A DNA stretch of 37,123 nucleotides from an uncultured Lachnospiraceae bacterium (GTDB taxonomy: Bacteria > Bacillota > Clostridia > Lachnospirales > Anaerotignaceae): the NCBI GenBank assembly GCA_944384285.1, contig CALWSX010000164.1, forward strand, positions 1 through 37,123, read 5' to 3'. Positions within the stretch are counted from its first letter, which is position 1; every line of letters starts with the position of its first letter. Positions 18,735 through 28,845 of the stretch are shown one piece after another. The translations under genes and the position numbers were made by a program. The notes below the pieces were generated by a model. It was not told the origin of the DNA, made no database searches, and worked only from the letters and a program-made list of their open reading frames with translations.

Positions 18735-20513
18735 ATGACTCAGGTTAATAACAATATAGTTATTGAGGGAATAAACGGACCCGTTGTTACTGTAAAGAAC
18801 TGCGATATTCTTCATATGCAGGAAATGGTTTATGTAGGTAATGAAAAGCTTATCGGTGAAGTTATCGGTATCCGTCCAGACCTCACAATCATTCAGGTTT
18901 ATGAAGTAACAACAGGACTTAAAATCGGTGAACCGGTTATCCCTACAGGCCACCCTATGGCGGCAACATTAGGCCCTGGTATCCTCACTAATATATATGA
19001 CGGTATCGAAAGACCTCTTAAAATATTCGAAGATACATCAGGAGCTTTCATTCAGAGAGGTCTTAATATAGGCGCTCTTGACGAAGAAAAATTATGGGAC
19101 GTTACTATTAAAGTAAAAGTTGGCGATTATGTAAAAGGCGGCGACATTTACGCTACATGTCCTGAAACTACTCTTATCGAGCACAGATGTCTTGTTGCTC
19201 CTTATCAGAGCGGTGAAGTTATCGAAGTTAAACCAGACGGCAAATACAAAGTTAATGATGTAGTTGTTGTTATTAAAAATATCAGAGGTGAAAGAGAAGA
19301 ACTTACTCTTTGCCAGGTTTGGCCAATCAGAGACCCTCGTCCTTTCACAGAACGTAAACCTATTGACACACCACTTGTAACAGGACAGCGTATTGTTGAC
19401 GCATTATTCCCTATCGCTAAAGGTGGAGCTTCTGCAATCCCTGGACCATTCGGTAGTGGTAAAACAGTTATGCAGCATCAGCTTGCTAAATGGTGTGACG
19501 CTGACATCATCGTATATATCGGTTGTGGAGAACGTGGAAACGAAATGACACAGGTTCTTCAGGAATTCGCTGAACTTATTGACCCTAAATCAGGAAGACC
19601 TCTTATGGACAGAACAGTGCTTATTGCTAACACATCTAACATGCCTGTTTCTGCTCGTGAAGCTTCTATTTATACAGGTATTACACTTGCTGAGTACTAC
19701 AGAGACATGGGTTACCATGTAGCTATCATGGCTGACTCTACAAGCCGTTGGGCTGAAGCTCTTCGTGAACTTTCAGGTCGTCTTGAAGAAATGCCTGCAG
19801 AAGAAGGTTTCCCTGCATACCTTCCATCACGTCTTTCACAGTTCTATGAAAGAAGTGGTTACACAATCGGTCTTAACGGAAGAGAAGGTTCTGTAAGTAT
19901 CATCGGTGCTGTTTCACCAGCCGGCGGTGACTTCTCTGAACCAGTTACACAGAATACAAAACGTTTCATCAGATGTTTCTGGGCTCTTGATAAAGACCTT
20001 GCTTATGCAAGACATTACCCAGCTATCAACTGGTTAAACAGCTATTCAGAATACATAGTTGACCTTGAAAAATGGTATACAGAACATGTAGGACCAAAAT
20101 TCAATCAGTTCCGTAAAGAAACGTCTGTAATCTTACAGGAAGAAAACAACCTTATGGAAATCGTTAAACTTATCGGTTCTGACGTTTTACCAGATGATCA
20201 GAAACTTATTCTTGAAATTGCAAGACTTATTCGTGTTGGTTTCTTACAGCAGAACTCATTCCACGAAGTAGATACATACGTACCTCTTGAAAAACAGTCA
20301 AAAATGCTTGAAGTTATTCTTCATCTCTATAAGAGAGGCAAAGAAATTGTTTCAAAAGGTGTACCTATGTCAGTTGTTCGTAAATGTCCTGTATTTGATA
20401 AGATCGTTAATATCAAATATGACGTTTCAAATAGCGATTTCTCCATCATTGACCAGTACATCAAAGACATTGATGTATATGCGGACAATATTATAGAAGA
20501 ATACAATAACTAA
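18735..20513 (+). CDS. ntpA: V/A-type ATPase catalytic subunit A
   Basis: 592 aa. Walker [10 protein letters not shown], the non-homologous insert typical of A subunits, and [13 protein letters not shown]. Confidence 0.97.
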   Translation: MTQVNNNIVIEGINGPVVTVKNCDILHMQEMVYVGNEKLIGEVIGIRPDLTIIQVYEVTTGLKIGEPVIPTGHPMAATLGPGILTNIYDGIERPLKIFEDTSGAFIQRGLNIGALDEEKLWDVTIKVKVGDYVKGGDIYATCPETTLIEHRCLVAPYQSGEVIEVKPDGKYKVNDVVVVIKNIRGEREELTLCQVWPIRDPRPFTERKPIDTPLVTGQRIVDALFPIAKGGASAIPGPFGSGKTVMQHQLAKWCDADIIVYIGCGERGNEMTQVLQEFAELIDPKSGRPLMDRTVLIANTSNMPVSAREASIYTGITLAEYYRDMGYHVAIMADSTSRWAEALRELSGRLEEMPAEEGFPAYLPSRLSQFYERSGYTIGLNGREGSVSIIGAVSPAGGDFSEPVTQNTKRFIRCFWALDKDLAYARHYPAINWLNSYSEYIVDLEKWYTEHVGPKFNQFRKETSVILQEENNLMEIVKLIGSDVLPDDQKLILEIARLIRVGFLQQNSFHEVDTYVPLEKQSKMLEVILHLYKRGKEIVSKGVPMSVVRKCPVFDKIVNIKYDVSNSDFSIIDQYIKDIDVYADNIIEEYNN

Positions 20514-20529
20514 GAAAGGAGGAGAAAAA

Positions 20530-21915
20530 GTGAATCTTGAATATTTAGGACTTAACTCAGTTAACGGACCACTTATCGTTGTTGATGGCATTGAAGGCGC
20601 ATCATTCGACGAAATGGTTGACATTTATATGGAAGGCGGAAAGAAACGTATCGGACGTGTAGTTGAGCTTCAGGGAAACCGTGCAGTTGTACAGGTTTTC
20701 GAAGGTACAACAGGTCTTTCACTTGCTAATACAAGAACACGTTTCGCAGGTAAACCTATGGAACTTGCAGTTTCACAGGAAATGCTTGGACGTGTATTTG
20801 ACGGTGCTGGACGTCCAAAAGACGGTCTTGGCCCAATTCGTGCTGATGAATACAGAAATGTAAACGGTATGCCGATTAACCCTGTATCACGTGTTTACCC
20901 TAAAAACTTTATTCAGACAGGTATTTCGACAATCGACGGTCTTACATCTCTTATCAGAGGTCAGAAACTTCCTATCTTCTCAGGTTCAGGTATGTGTCAT
21001 GACCAGCTTGCAGTTCAGATTGTTCAGCAGGCTAACATTTCAGGCGACGAAGCAGATAACTTCTGTATCGTATTCGCTGCTATGGGTGTTAAAAACGACG
21101 TTGCTGACTACTTCAAACGTAGCTTTGAAGAATCAGGCGTTCTTGAAAGAGTTGTTATGTTCCTTAACCTCTCAAACGACCCTATCATCGAAAGAATTAT
21201 AACACCACGTTGTGCTCTTACAGCTGCTGAATACCTTGCATATACACACAATATGCACGTACTCGTAGTTATGACAGACATGACATCATATGCGGAAGCT
21301 TGCCGTGAATTCTCCTCATCTAAAGGTGAAATTCCAGGACGTAAAGGTTTCCCAGGTTATATGTATTCAGACCTTGCGGAATTATATGAACGTGCAGGTT
21401 GTATCAATACATCATCAGGCTCAGTTACACAGATTCCTATCTTAACAATGCCTAACGATGACATTACACATCCAATCCCTGACCTTACAGGATATATCAC
21501 AGAAGGTCAGATTACACTCGATAGAGAGCTTGAACAGCTTGGTATTTACCCACCTGTAGCAGTTCTTCCATCTCTTTCACGTCTTATGAAAGACGGTATC
21601 GGTAAAGGCTATACACGTGAAGACCATCAGGCAGTTGCTAACCAGCTTTTCGCTTGTTACGCAAAAGTTCAGGATGCACGAAGCCTTGCATCTGTTATCG
21701 GTGAAGAAGAACTTACAGACATCGATAAACTTTACCTCAAATTTGGTAAAGAATTTGAAGGTAGATTCGTTACACAGGGTAGAGAAGAAAACCGTTCAAT
21801 CGAACAGACTCTTGAACTCGGCTGGGATCTTTTAGGTATGTTCCCTAAAGAAGAGCTTGACCGTATGGATCCTAAGATGGTTGAAAAATATTACAGAAAG
21901 ACTTCTTTTGAATAA
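20530..21915 (+). CDS. ntpB: V/A-type ATPase subunit B
   Basis: 461 aa with the conserved [12 protein letters not shown] and [15 protein letters not shown] motifs. GTG start after the AAGGAGGAG RBS. Confidence 0.97.
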   Translation: MNLEYLGLNSVNGPLIVVDGIEGASFDEMVDIYMEGGKKRIGRVVELQGNRAVVQVFEGTTGLSLANTRTRFAGKPMELAVSQEMLGRVFDGAGRPKDGLGPIRADEYRNVNGMPINPVSRVYPKNFIQTGISTIDGLTSLIRGQKLPIFSGSGMCHDQLAVQIVQQANISGDEADNFCIVFAAMGVKNDVADYFKRSFEESGVLERVVMFLNLSNDPIIERIITPRCALTAAEYLAYTHNMHVLVVMTDMTSYAEACREFSSSKGEIPGRKGFPGYMYSDLAELYERAGCINTSSGSVTQIPILTMPNDDITHPIPDLTGYITEGQITLDRELEQLGIYPPVAVLPSLSRLMKDGIGKGYTREDHQAVANQLFACYAKVQDARSLASVIGEEELTDIDKLYLKFGKEFEGRFVTQGREENRSIEQTLELGWDLLGMFPKEELDRMDPKMVEKYYRKTSFE

Positions 21916-21931
21916 TGGGAGTGATTAATTA

Positions 21932-22603
21932 ATGGATAATTCAAGTGTGCCAACCAAGGGCAACCTCATTAAAGCTAAGAAGTCATATAAACTCTCAAAA
22001 CTCGGCTATGAGCTTATGGATAAGAAAAGAAATATTCTTATCAGAGAAATGATGGCATTAATTGAAGCTGCTAAAGATATTCAAAGCAGAATCGATGAAA
22101 CTTTCTCAAAAGCTTACAAAGCTTTACAGGCTGCTAACATTTCTTTAGGTGTATGTAATGACATAGCAAGAGCTGTACCTATTGATGATACATTAAAAAT
22201 ACAGTACAGGAGTGTTATGGGTGTTGAAATTCCTACAGTTAAATCTGTACAGGAAGCTGTTGAAAATGTACATTACGGTTTTGACAGCACAAACTCAATG
22301 CTCGATATTGCCTATCTTAACTTTCTTGAGGTTAAAAGACTCTCAATGTTAATGGCTGAGATGGAAACAAGCGTTTACAGACTCGCTGTATCCGTATCCA
22401 AGGCACAGAAAAGAGCTAATGCGCTTAAAAATATCATCCTTCCACGTAATATCAAGAGAATTTTCGATATTACTAACGCATTGGAGGAAAAAGACAGAGA
22501 AGAATTCTCACGTTCTAAAGTTATTAAAGCCAATAAGATTAAAGAAGAACAGAAAGAACATCTTAAACAAATGGCTTTACAACAAAAAGAAAAAGCTGTT
22601 TAA
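21932..22603 (+). CDS. ntpD: V/A-type ATPase subunit D (central stalk)
   Basis: 223 aa, N-terminus PTKGNLIKAKKSYKLSKLGYELMDKKRNILIREM and a coiled-coil C-terminus. It is the last gene of the operon. Confidence 0.92.
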   Translation: MDNSSVPTKGNLIKAKKSYKLSKLGYELMDKKRNILIREMMALIEAAKDIQSRIDETFSKAYKALQAANISLGVCNDIARAVPIDDTLKIQYRSVMGVEIPTVKSVQEAVENVHYGFDSTNSMLDIAYLNFLEVKRLSMLMAEMETSVYRLAVSVSKAQKRANALKNIILPRNIKRIFDITNALEEKDREEFSRSKVIKANKIKEEQKEHLKQMALQQKEKAV

Positions 22604-22616
22604 TAGACAGTGTTTT

Positions 22617-22646
22617 AGTACGGAGCTTATGCTCCGTACTTTTTTT
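22617..22646 (+). terminator. Rho-independent terminator of the ATPase operon
   Basis: AGTACGGAGC-ttat-GCTCCGTACT followed by T6. Confidence 0.85.
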
Positions 22647-22904
22647 GTTTAAAAATAGAAAAATTTTGGGCTTTTTAGGGAGAAAAATAAATTATTAATA
22701 TTTTCATATATAAAAAAATTTAAAGCGCTTAAAATTAAAATAAACTAAAATTAAATGGGTATAGTAATATTTTATAAAAAGATTTTATATACTAATCTTT
22801 TGTTTTTTTTAAGTATTATTTTTGTTTTATTTATAATTGAAATATGTTAAAATAATATTTGGTAAAAAAACAGTGAAAACAGTGAAATTTTTGGGAGTGT
22901 GCCT

Positions 22905-23702
22905 ATGGAATATTTGAGCTTATTTGGGGCTATTGTTTCTGTTAACTCGATTATTTCATTCTTTAAATCAAAAAGATTTAGTGAACTTATAAATGTATTT
23001 ATATGTATACCGATTATATGTCAGGGTTTTATGTATAAAGATACAGTTATGAACGGTCTAATAACTATTGTACATTTGATAATTCTTTTAACGAGTATAG
23101 TAGGAAATTATGGCCTTATCATGTGGAATGAAAAAGTAAGGAAAAGAAATACCCCTTTATTAATAATTTTTACAATTATAAATGTATTTATAATTATCTA
23201 TACACAAAGAGAAATACCTTTAATAAGCCTTTCTAGGTATATTCCACATTATGAGCTTGGACAAGGTGCTTTTATGATATTTATAATTATGTGCAGATGG
23301 ATTTTGATAGCTATATTTGTACTTCTTCTTGCTTATATGCTTACAACTGTCAATATCAGATTTATAGATAGATTTTTTACTAAATCAAATACACTTATAC
23401 TTTTAAATTGTGAAAAAATAGTGGCATCTAAAATTAATAACTATCATATTAAAGGTATCAACAATGGAAAAGAATATTATTTTAATGTCAGAAAAGATGC
23501 TTTTTTCTATAATTTCAGAAATGGATGTAATGCCGTCTTGAAAGCGAGATATGGAATTTTAGGCGGGATTTATATAACAAATATGCCAGAATGTGGAGAA
23601 AATAGAAAAGAAAAATATTTAAAAAGATTTAACAATTTCTTTTTCATACTCCGTGCAATATTTACACTTTTGTGCATAACTGTATTTTTTATGGTAAAAT
23701 AA
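22905..23702 (+). CDS. Hypothetical multi-pass membrane protein (no family recognised)
   Basis: ORF of about 265 aa with five or six hydrophobic segments plus a soluble segment of roughly 80 aa before a final TM. The ATG at 22905 (GGGAG 22893-22897) is preferred over the GTG at 22899. Very Ile/Phe/Asn/Lys-rich. Confidence 0.6.
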   Translation: MEYLSLFGAIVSVNSIISFFKSKRFSELINVFICIPIICQGFMYKDTVMNGLITIVHLIILLTSIVGNYGLIMWNEKVRKRNTPLLIIFTIINVFIIIYTQREIPLISLSRYIPHYELGQGAFMIFIIMCRWILIAIFVLLLAYMLTTVNIRFIDRFFTKSNTLILLNCEKIVASKINNYHIKGINNGKEYYFNVRKDAFFYNFRNGCNAVLKARYGILGGIYITNMPECGENRKEKYLKRFNNFFFILRAIFTLLCITVFFMVK

Positions 23703-23710
23703 GGATAAAG

Positions 23711-23938
23711 TTATCCACATTGTACACATGCTTGTGTATTGTTTCTGTGGATTTGTAATTTTTTTAAATTTATTTGTTACAAAAAAATTAAGTAAAAATT
23801 ATGATGTTTAAAATTTAATTTTATAAAATTTACTCTCCTTAAAGGAGAGTTTTTTACTTGTTGTGGATAATGAAAAATTTAAATAAAAAAAATCCCCAAT
23901 CAAAATGTGGATTGTGTTATTATTATAATTTATCAACT
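23711..23938. promoter_or_regulatory. Secondary DnaA-box cluster in a convergent intergenic region
   Basis: Perfect TTATCCACA 23711-23719 and perfect TGTGGATAA 23862-23870. Partial boxes: TGTGGATTT 23746-23754, TGTGGATTG 23906-23914 and TTATCAACT 23930-23938. Confidence 0.6.
23833..23855 (+). terminator. Rho-independent terminator downstream of the membrane-protein gene
   Basis: CTCTCC-ttaaa-GGAGAG followed by T6, 130 nt after the stop codon. Confidence 0.65.
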
Positions 23939-23975
23939 AAAAAACCTTTTGGCAAAGTTATGCCAAAAGGTTTTT
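23939..23975 (-). terminator. Terminator of the second MATE gene
   Basis: AAAACCTTTTGGCA-aagtta-TGCCAAAAGGTTTT with flanking A/T runs. It spans the MATE stop codon. Confidence 0.7.
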
Positions 23976-25316
23976 ATTTTTTCGTTTTTTCTCAAGTATT
24001 ATAAAATATATTATGCTTATTAAAAGTGAAAATACAGCAGCAACAGGTGCAGCAAGTCCCATTTCAAACATAGAAACATCTGGTTTTTTACTCATCAAAA
24101 GTGAAAAAGGAACTCGTACTAAAAAGGCAGCTATTAAAGATTGCATCATAACAAAAAATGTTTTACCATTTCCGTTAAAATATCCTAAAAGACAAAATGT
24201 TGTTGAACAAATAATGCTTTCTATTGCGGTAGCCCGCAAAAATTCTTTACCTTCTGCAATAACTGCTGCATCTTTAGTAAAAAGTGATATTAATATGCTT
24301 CCTTTGAAATATGCGAAAAGACCTATTGAAAGACCGCATATAAATGATATCATAACTCCGTATAACAAAGCTTGTTTTGCTCTTTTATACTGTTTTGCAC
24401 CTATATTCTGGGCTGTAAAAGCTGAAATAGATGACATAAACGAAAGAGGTATCATAAGCATAATAATTACGGCTTTTTCGGCTACTCCAACACCAGCAGA
24501 ACGTGTAAGACCTAAACCGTTTACAATAGCAATTATAATTAAAAACGATGTATGTGATAAAACATCTTGAAAAGCAATAGGTGAACCTAATCTTAAAATT
24601 CTTAATGACTTGGTTTTATCAAATCTTATAAATGTTTTATTAAATTTAAAAGGAAGTTCTTTTTTACGTATTATAATATATGATAAAATTACGCTTATCG
24701 CCTGGGCAAGAACTGTAGCTATTGCAGCACCTGCTGTGTTAAGTTTAAGAACAGCCACAAAAAATAAGTCTCCAAATATATTTGCAACACAAGCAATGCT
24801 TACAAATATTAATGGTAAATTTGAATTTCCAAGCCCTCTAAAAATACTGCTTATCATATTATAAGCAACAATAAACACAGCGCCTAAAGAACAAATTAAA
24901 ACATAGTTATATGCTTTTTCAATGGCTTCAGGGGGCGTCTGCATAAAAATAACTGCTGTTCTGGAAAATGATACACATATAATTGTAAGAACTATTGCAA
25001 GAACAGTAAAAAGGAATATACCACTTCCAATAGTCTTGCCTGCATCATCATACTTTTTCATACCGATATATTGGCCTGTAAGTACCGTAATACCCATTGT
25101 TAAACCGGTGATAAAGCCTGTTACGGTCTGCATAAGCTGGCTTCCTATTGCAACTGCAGAAACATCGGCAGATGTTCCAAATCTTCCAACTATAAGCAAG
25201 TCTATAGCACCATATAATGATTGAATCATCAGAGATAAAAGTATAGGAAGTGAAAATTTTATTAAAGGTTTTAATATTTTTCCTTCTGTATAATTTATAA
25301 CTACACTATTGCTCAT
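23958..25316 (-). CDS. MATE-family efflux transporter (second, divergent paralogue)
   Basis: 452 aa and about 12 TM segments, with a MATE N-terminus (LIKFSLPILLSLMIQSLYGAIDLLIVGRFG). AGAGGAGCA RBS. Confidence 0.88.
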   Translation of the reverse strand: MSNSVVINYTEGKILKPLIKFSLPILLSLMIQSLYGAIDLLIVGRFGTSADVSAVAIGSQLMQTVTGFITGLTMGITVLTGQYIGMKKYDDAGKTIGSGIFLFTVLAIVLTIICVSFSRTAVIFMQTPPEAIEKAYNYVLICSLGAVFIVAYNMISSIFRGLGNSNLPLIFVSIACVANIFGDLFFVAVLKLNTAGAAIATVLAQAISVILSYIIIRKKELPFKFNKTFIRFDKTKSLRILRLGSPIAFQDVLSHTSFLIIIAIVNGLGLTRSAGVGVAEKAVIIMLMIPLSFMSSISAFTAQNIGAKQYKRAKQALLYGVMISFICGLSIGLFAYFKGSILISLFTKDAAVIAEGKEFLRATAIESIICSTTFCLLGYFNGNGKTFFVMMQSLIAAFLVRVPFSLLMSKKPDVSMFEMGLAAPVAAVFSLLISIIYFIILEKKRKNKNLLA

Positions 25317-25337
25317 ATATGCTCCTCTATTAAATAT

Positions 25338-25362
25338 AACCGCAACAAAAATTGTTGCGGTT
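25338..25362 (-). terminator. Hairpin after the DUF4446 gene (possible leaky terminator)
   Basis: AACCGCAACA-aaaat-TGTTGCGGTT with only a weak U-tract on the minus-strand transcript. Confidence 0.45.
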
Positions 25363-25389
25363 TAAATATAATAATCTTATTGTTCTGTA

Positions 25390-26172
25390 CTAGTTTTCTT
25401 TAGTAGTTTCTTCGTTTTGATTTATATTTTCATTTTCGATTTCATCATTGTTTTTATTGTCTTCATTTTCTTCAATGTCTTCAATATCATCATCTTTGTC
25501 TATTATTATATCCTTATCACGGCCATAAAATTCAGCAATTTTGACATCATTATAATATAAATCATCTTCTGTTATTCGTCTTACTTTTTGTTTTACTTTG
25601 TAAAGTTTTATTTTTCTTTCAAATACAGGACGTTCATATAAAATTTTAAGATCTTCTTCACTTAAAGGTTTTCTTGCATTTTCTTTAGCGAGTTCAATAG
25701 CTTTTATTTCTTCATCACTTAATACATATCTGCTTACACCCATAACAATAGGTTTTGCGTAAGTGAAAGAACCTGTACGGCTATGAATTCCGGTAATAAC
25801 AATTCCGTTATCACCGTTATCAAGTATAGCGACAGAAAACGAAAGATTTCCGCCCATATCTCCAAAAGGATTATATCTTATTATTCCAATTTTTTGGAGA
25901 CATGCATCTTGTCTTTGCATAACTTCTTTTTGAAGTTTTATAAGATCGCCGTATTTTAATTCAAGAGCTGTAATTCTGTCAATAAAGTCATTTATATTAT
26001 TTTGAAATTTCCTAGAAAAAATTGAATTTTCACCTGTAAAATGGCTTAAACTTTTTTCTAATTTAGATATTTTCAAAAAAAGATAAACAAAAATTATAAT
26101 AATAAGGACAATAAAAACACATATCAAAGCGAAAATGACATCTCTGCCAATAGCGTTTAAAATATTATTCAT
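25390..26172 (-). CDS. DUF4446-family membrane-anchored protein (commonly follows parB in Firmicutes)
   Basis: 260 aa with an N-terminal TM and the core IGIIRYNPFGDMGGNLSFSVAILDNGDNGIVITGIHSR...YAKPI. The Asp/Glu/Asn-rich C-terminal tail appears to be an extension. Confidence 0.75.
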   Translation of the reverse strand: MNNILNAIGRDVIFALICVFIVLIIIIFVYLFLKISKLEKSLSHFTGENSIFSRKFQNNINDFIDRITALELKYGDLIKLQKEVMQRQDACLQKIGIIRYNPFGDMGGNLSFSVAILDNGDNGIVITGIHSRTGSFTYAKPIVMGVSRYVLSDEEIKAIELAKENARKPLSEEDLKILYERPVFERKIKLYKVKQKVRRITEDDLYYNDVKIAEFYGRDKDIIIDKDDDIEDIEENEDNKNNDEIENENINQNEETTKEN

Positions 26173-26177
26173 TTATT

Positions 26178-27077
26178 TTACTCCTCATTTATTTTATTAA
26201 AAATACAAAGAAGTCTGTCAAGTTCTTCTTCGGAATAATATTCTATTTCGATTTTTCCTTTGTTTTTATTTTTAGAAAGATTAACTTTAGTGCCAAGTAT
26301 ATTTTTTAATTTGTCTTCTATGTCTTTAATATACTTAGCTTTTTTAACAGGTAATTTTTCTGTTTTAGGCTTGTCTTGATTTAAACTCTGTACTAATTTT
26401 TCAAGTTGGCGTACATTTAAACCTTCTTCAATTACTTTTTCAGCAATTTCAAACTGTAAGTCATTATCAGAAACAGAAAGTAATGCTCTTCCATGACCAT
26501 TAGAGAGTTTACCGTCTTTTACAAAATCAATAACTCTTTTATCAAGATTTAAAAGTCTTAAAGTATTTGTAACTGCACTTCTACTTTTTCCTACATTTTT
26601 AGCTATATCTTCCTGAGTATATCCATATTTTTCAGATAATTTTTTGTAACTTTCAGCCTCTTCAATAGGATTTAAGTCTTCTCTTTGTATATTTTCGATT
26701 AAAGATATTTCAAAAGCAGTTTCCTCACTAAATTCTTTAACTATAGCAGGAATTTTTTTTAGTCCGGCAATTTTTGAGGCTCTGAAACGTCTTTCTCCGG
26801 CTATAATTTCATATCTGTCATCTAATTTTTTAAGGAGTATAGGCTGAAGTACGCCGTGGACTTTTATAGAGTTTGACAATTCCAAGAGAGCATTTTCATC
26901 AAAATTTTTTCGTGGTTGATTTTTGTTTGGCTGAATTAAGCCAATTTCAATTTCAACAATACCATTATCTGATTGGTTAGTATTTTTTATATCATTAAGC
27001 TGGTCATTTATTAAAGCATCAAGACCTTTTCCCTTAATTCCTAAACCTCTTTTTATACCTGTTTTTGTACTTGCCAA
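26178..27077 (-). CDS. parB: Chromosome partitioning protein ParB/Spo0J
   Basis: 299 aa with the ParB box GERRFRAS, an HTH (TQEDIAKNVGKSRSAVTNTLRLL) and the N-terminal IKRGLG motif. TTG start 1 nt after the parA stop. Confidence 0.93.
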   Translation of the reverse strand: MASTKTGIKRGLGIKGKGLDALINDQLNDIKNTNQSDNGIVEIEIGLIQPNKNQPRKNFDENALLELSNSIKVHGVLQPILLKKLDDRYEIIAGERRFRASKIAGLKKIPAIVKEFSEETAFEISLIENIQREDLNPIEEAESYKKLSEKYGYTQEDIAKNVGKSRSAVTNTLRLLNLDKRVIDFVKDGKLSNGHGRALLSVSDNDLQFEIAEKVIEEGLNVRQLEKLVQSLNQDKPKTEKLPVKKAKYIKDIEDKLKNILGTKVNLSKNKNKGKIEIEYYSEEELDRLLCIFNKINEE

Positions 27078-27078
27078 C

Positions 27079-27852
27079 TCAACTCCACTCCTTTTCTATA
27101 ACTTCATCTGCCAAAGCACTGTAGCTTTCGGCTCCCTTACTTTTAGGATCATAAAAATTTATAGGTAACCCGTGACTTGGGGCTTCTCCAAGACGCACAT
27201 TACGAGGGATAACAGATTTATAAACGTTTGTTCCGAGACTTTTTTTGACCTGTTCAACAACTTCAAGAGAAAGATTTGTTCTTGCATCAAACATTGTAAA
27301 AACAATTCCTTCAATTTCAAGGTGCTCATTAAGACGTTTTTTAACAAGTGAGATTGTATGTAAAAGCTGTTCAAGACCTTCAAGCGCAAAATACTCACAC
27401 TGGATAGGGACTAAAACAGTATCAGATGCTGTAAGAGCATTAATTGTAATCAAATTGAGCGAAGGTGGACAGTCAATTATAATAAAGTCATAATCATTAA
27501 TTATTTTATTAATAGAATCTTTAAGTATGTATTCTCTGTTTTCCACACCGATAAGTTCTATTTCTGCTCCGGAAAGGTTCATATTTGACGGAACAACAAA
27601 AAGGTTTTCAAAATCTGTTTTAAAAATTACCTCATTTAATTCATTTTCACCTAAAAATACTGTATATAAAGTATTTGTAAGTTCATTTTTATTAAGACCG
27701 ACACCGCTTGTACTGTTGCCCTGAGGGTCAGCATCAATAAGAAGAACTTTTTTCCCCTTTTCAGCAAGACAAGAAGACAAATTTATACTTGTGGTAGTTT
27801 TTCCAACCCCGCCTTTTTGGTTAGCAACAGATATTATTCTACATTTAGACAA
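27079..27852 (-). CDS. parA: Chromosome partitioning ATPase ParA/Soj
   Basis: 257 aa with the deviant Walker A NQKGGVGKTT and DCPPSL. TTG start after the GGGGTGA RBS. Confidence 0.93.
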   Translation of the reverse strand: MSKCRIISVANQKGGVGKTTTSINLSSCLAEKGKKVLLIDADPQGNSTSGVGLNKNELTNTLYTVFLGENELNEVIFKTDFENLFVVPSNMNLSGAEIELIGVENREYILKDSINKIINDYDFIIIDCPPSLNLITINALTASDTVLVPIQCEYFALEGLEQLLHTISLVKKRLNEHLEIEGIVFTMFDARTNLSLEVVEQVKKSLGTNVYKSVIPRNVRLGEAPSHGLPINFYDPKSKGAESYSALADEVIEKEWS

Positions 27853-27896
27853 ACAACACTCACCCCTTTTGTGTTATTTAAAAGTATACCCTTAAA

Positions 27897-27912
27897 TGTT
27901 TCACGTGAAACA
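27897..27912. promoter_or_regulatory. parS site 1
   Basis: Perfect 16-bp palindrome TGTTTCACGTGAAACA, matching the Firmicute parS consensus TGTTNCACGTGAAACA. It lies in the lipid kinase-parA spacer. Confidence 0.9.
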
Positions 27913-27915
27913 TAA

Positions 27916-28815
27916 TTAATCAAAAAAGTTTCCGATAATAGTAAGGCATTTTGGTACAACATTAACTTCAATAGGCATATAAGGACCTGCCTCACCATCA
28001 ATGTTGGTTTCAGCAAGATCTTTTCTGTCACTTAAACATTCTATTTTTACGTAATTATCTCTGAAAAACAATATATTATTGTTATTATAATCGCCCTTCA
28101 TAAGCTTAAGGAATATTAATGCAAGCTCATATACAGGAGCATTTTTTACTGCAATAAAATCAAAAACACCATCATCAATTTTTGCTGTAGGTGATAAATT
28201 TTCAAAACTTCCGGCTCCTGAGCTGTTGAGCATTACAAAAAGAAGAAAGTTATCTATAATAGTTTCTTTTGAATTGGTGATTTTAAGAGGTATAGGACAG
28301 AAATTAGGAATTTGTTCTATACCTTTTATATAATATGCAAGTTTACCAAAGGCATTTTTAAAATCGTTGTTAATATGCTGAGAAACATTTGATAAAAGAC
28401 CTCCACCGCATACATTAATAAAATATCTTCCGTTTACGTTTCCAAGGTCAATTCTTTTTGTTTTACAATCGGTTATAATTTTGCATACATGTTTTATATC
28501 GTCTTTTGGAAGTTTTAAATATGTGGCAAAATCATTTGCTGTGCCGGAAGGTATAATGCCAACAGGAATATCTAAACCCCTGTGCATTAATGCATCAATA
28601 ACAATATTTATTGTTCCGTCACCACCTGATGCAACAATTATGTCATAATTGTCGTCCATTTCCATAATATGTTCTTTTATATCGCCGTAACGTACACTTC
28701 TGAAAAAAGAAACTTCATATCCGCTCTCTTGAAAATATTTTATAACTGAATCAAGTTTAGTTTTAAAAGATTTATTTCCCGAGTAAGGGTTATAAAAAAG
28801 CTTTATCTTTTTCAT
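27916..28815 (-). CDS. Diacylglycerol/lipid kinase (YegS/BmrU/DagK family)
   Basis: 299 aa. DAGK catalytic-domain motifs NPYSG and GGDGTINIV, plus the C-terminal accessory domain. Confidence 0.85.
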   Translation of the reverse strand: MKKIKLFYNPYSGNKSFKTKLDSVIKYFQESGYEVSFFRSVRYGDIKEHIMEMDDNYDIIVASGGDGTINIVIDALMHRGLDIPVGIIPSGTANDFATYLKLPKDDIKHVCKIITDCKTKRIDLGNVNGRYFINVCGGGLLSNVSQHINNDFKNAFGKLAYYIKGIEQIPNFCPIPLKITNSKETIIDNFLLFVMLNSSGAGSFENLSPTAKIDDGVFDFIAVKNAPVYELALIFLKLMKGDYNNNNILFFRDNYVKIECLSDRKDLAETNIDGEAGPYMPIEVNVVPKCLTIIGNFFD

Positions 28816-28845
28816 AGTTTACACTCCTGTAGTTTTTTTATAATT

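Noticed and set aside
14371-21835. Same-strand alternative-frame ORFs inside the ATPase genes: 14371-14622, 15630-15845, 16173-16382, 20287-20496, 20663-20863, 20891-21202 and 21617-21835.
   Set aside because: Each is embedded out of frame in a conserved ATPase subunit gene. They have no RBS and no recognisable protein features.
23728-23811. A 27-codon hydrophobic mini-ORF (MLVYCFCGFVIFLNLFVTKKLSKNYDV) lies between two DnaA boxes and just upstream of a terminator. It superficially resembles a type I toxin or a DnaA-controlled small gene like sda. A 44-codon ORF starting at 23870 was also noted.
   Set aside because: Neither has a Shine-Dalgarno sequence. The second ORF runs through a terminator hairpin and overlaps the 3' end of the MATE gene on the opposite strand. 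Such ORFs arise easily by chance in AT-rich DNA. They are worth revisiting only if transcript or ribosome-profiling data appear.
7712-25316. Two MATE genes in inverted orientation bracket the oriC-containing core. I considered them as inverted repeats that could mediate inversion.
   Set aside because: The two proteins are only distantly related, with different subfamily-like sequences and no long identical stretches seen. Nucleotide-level homology sufficient for recombination is therefore not supported.
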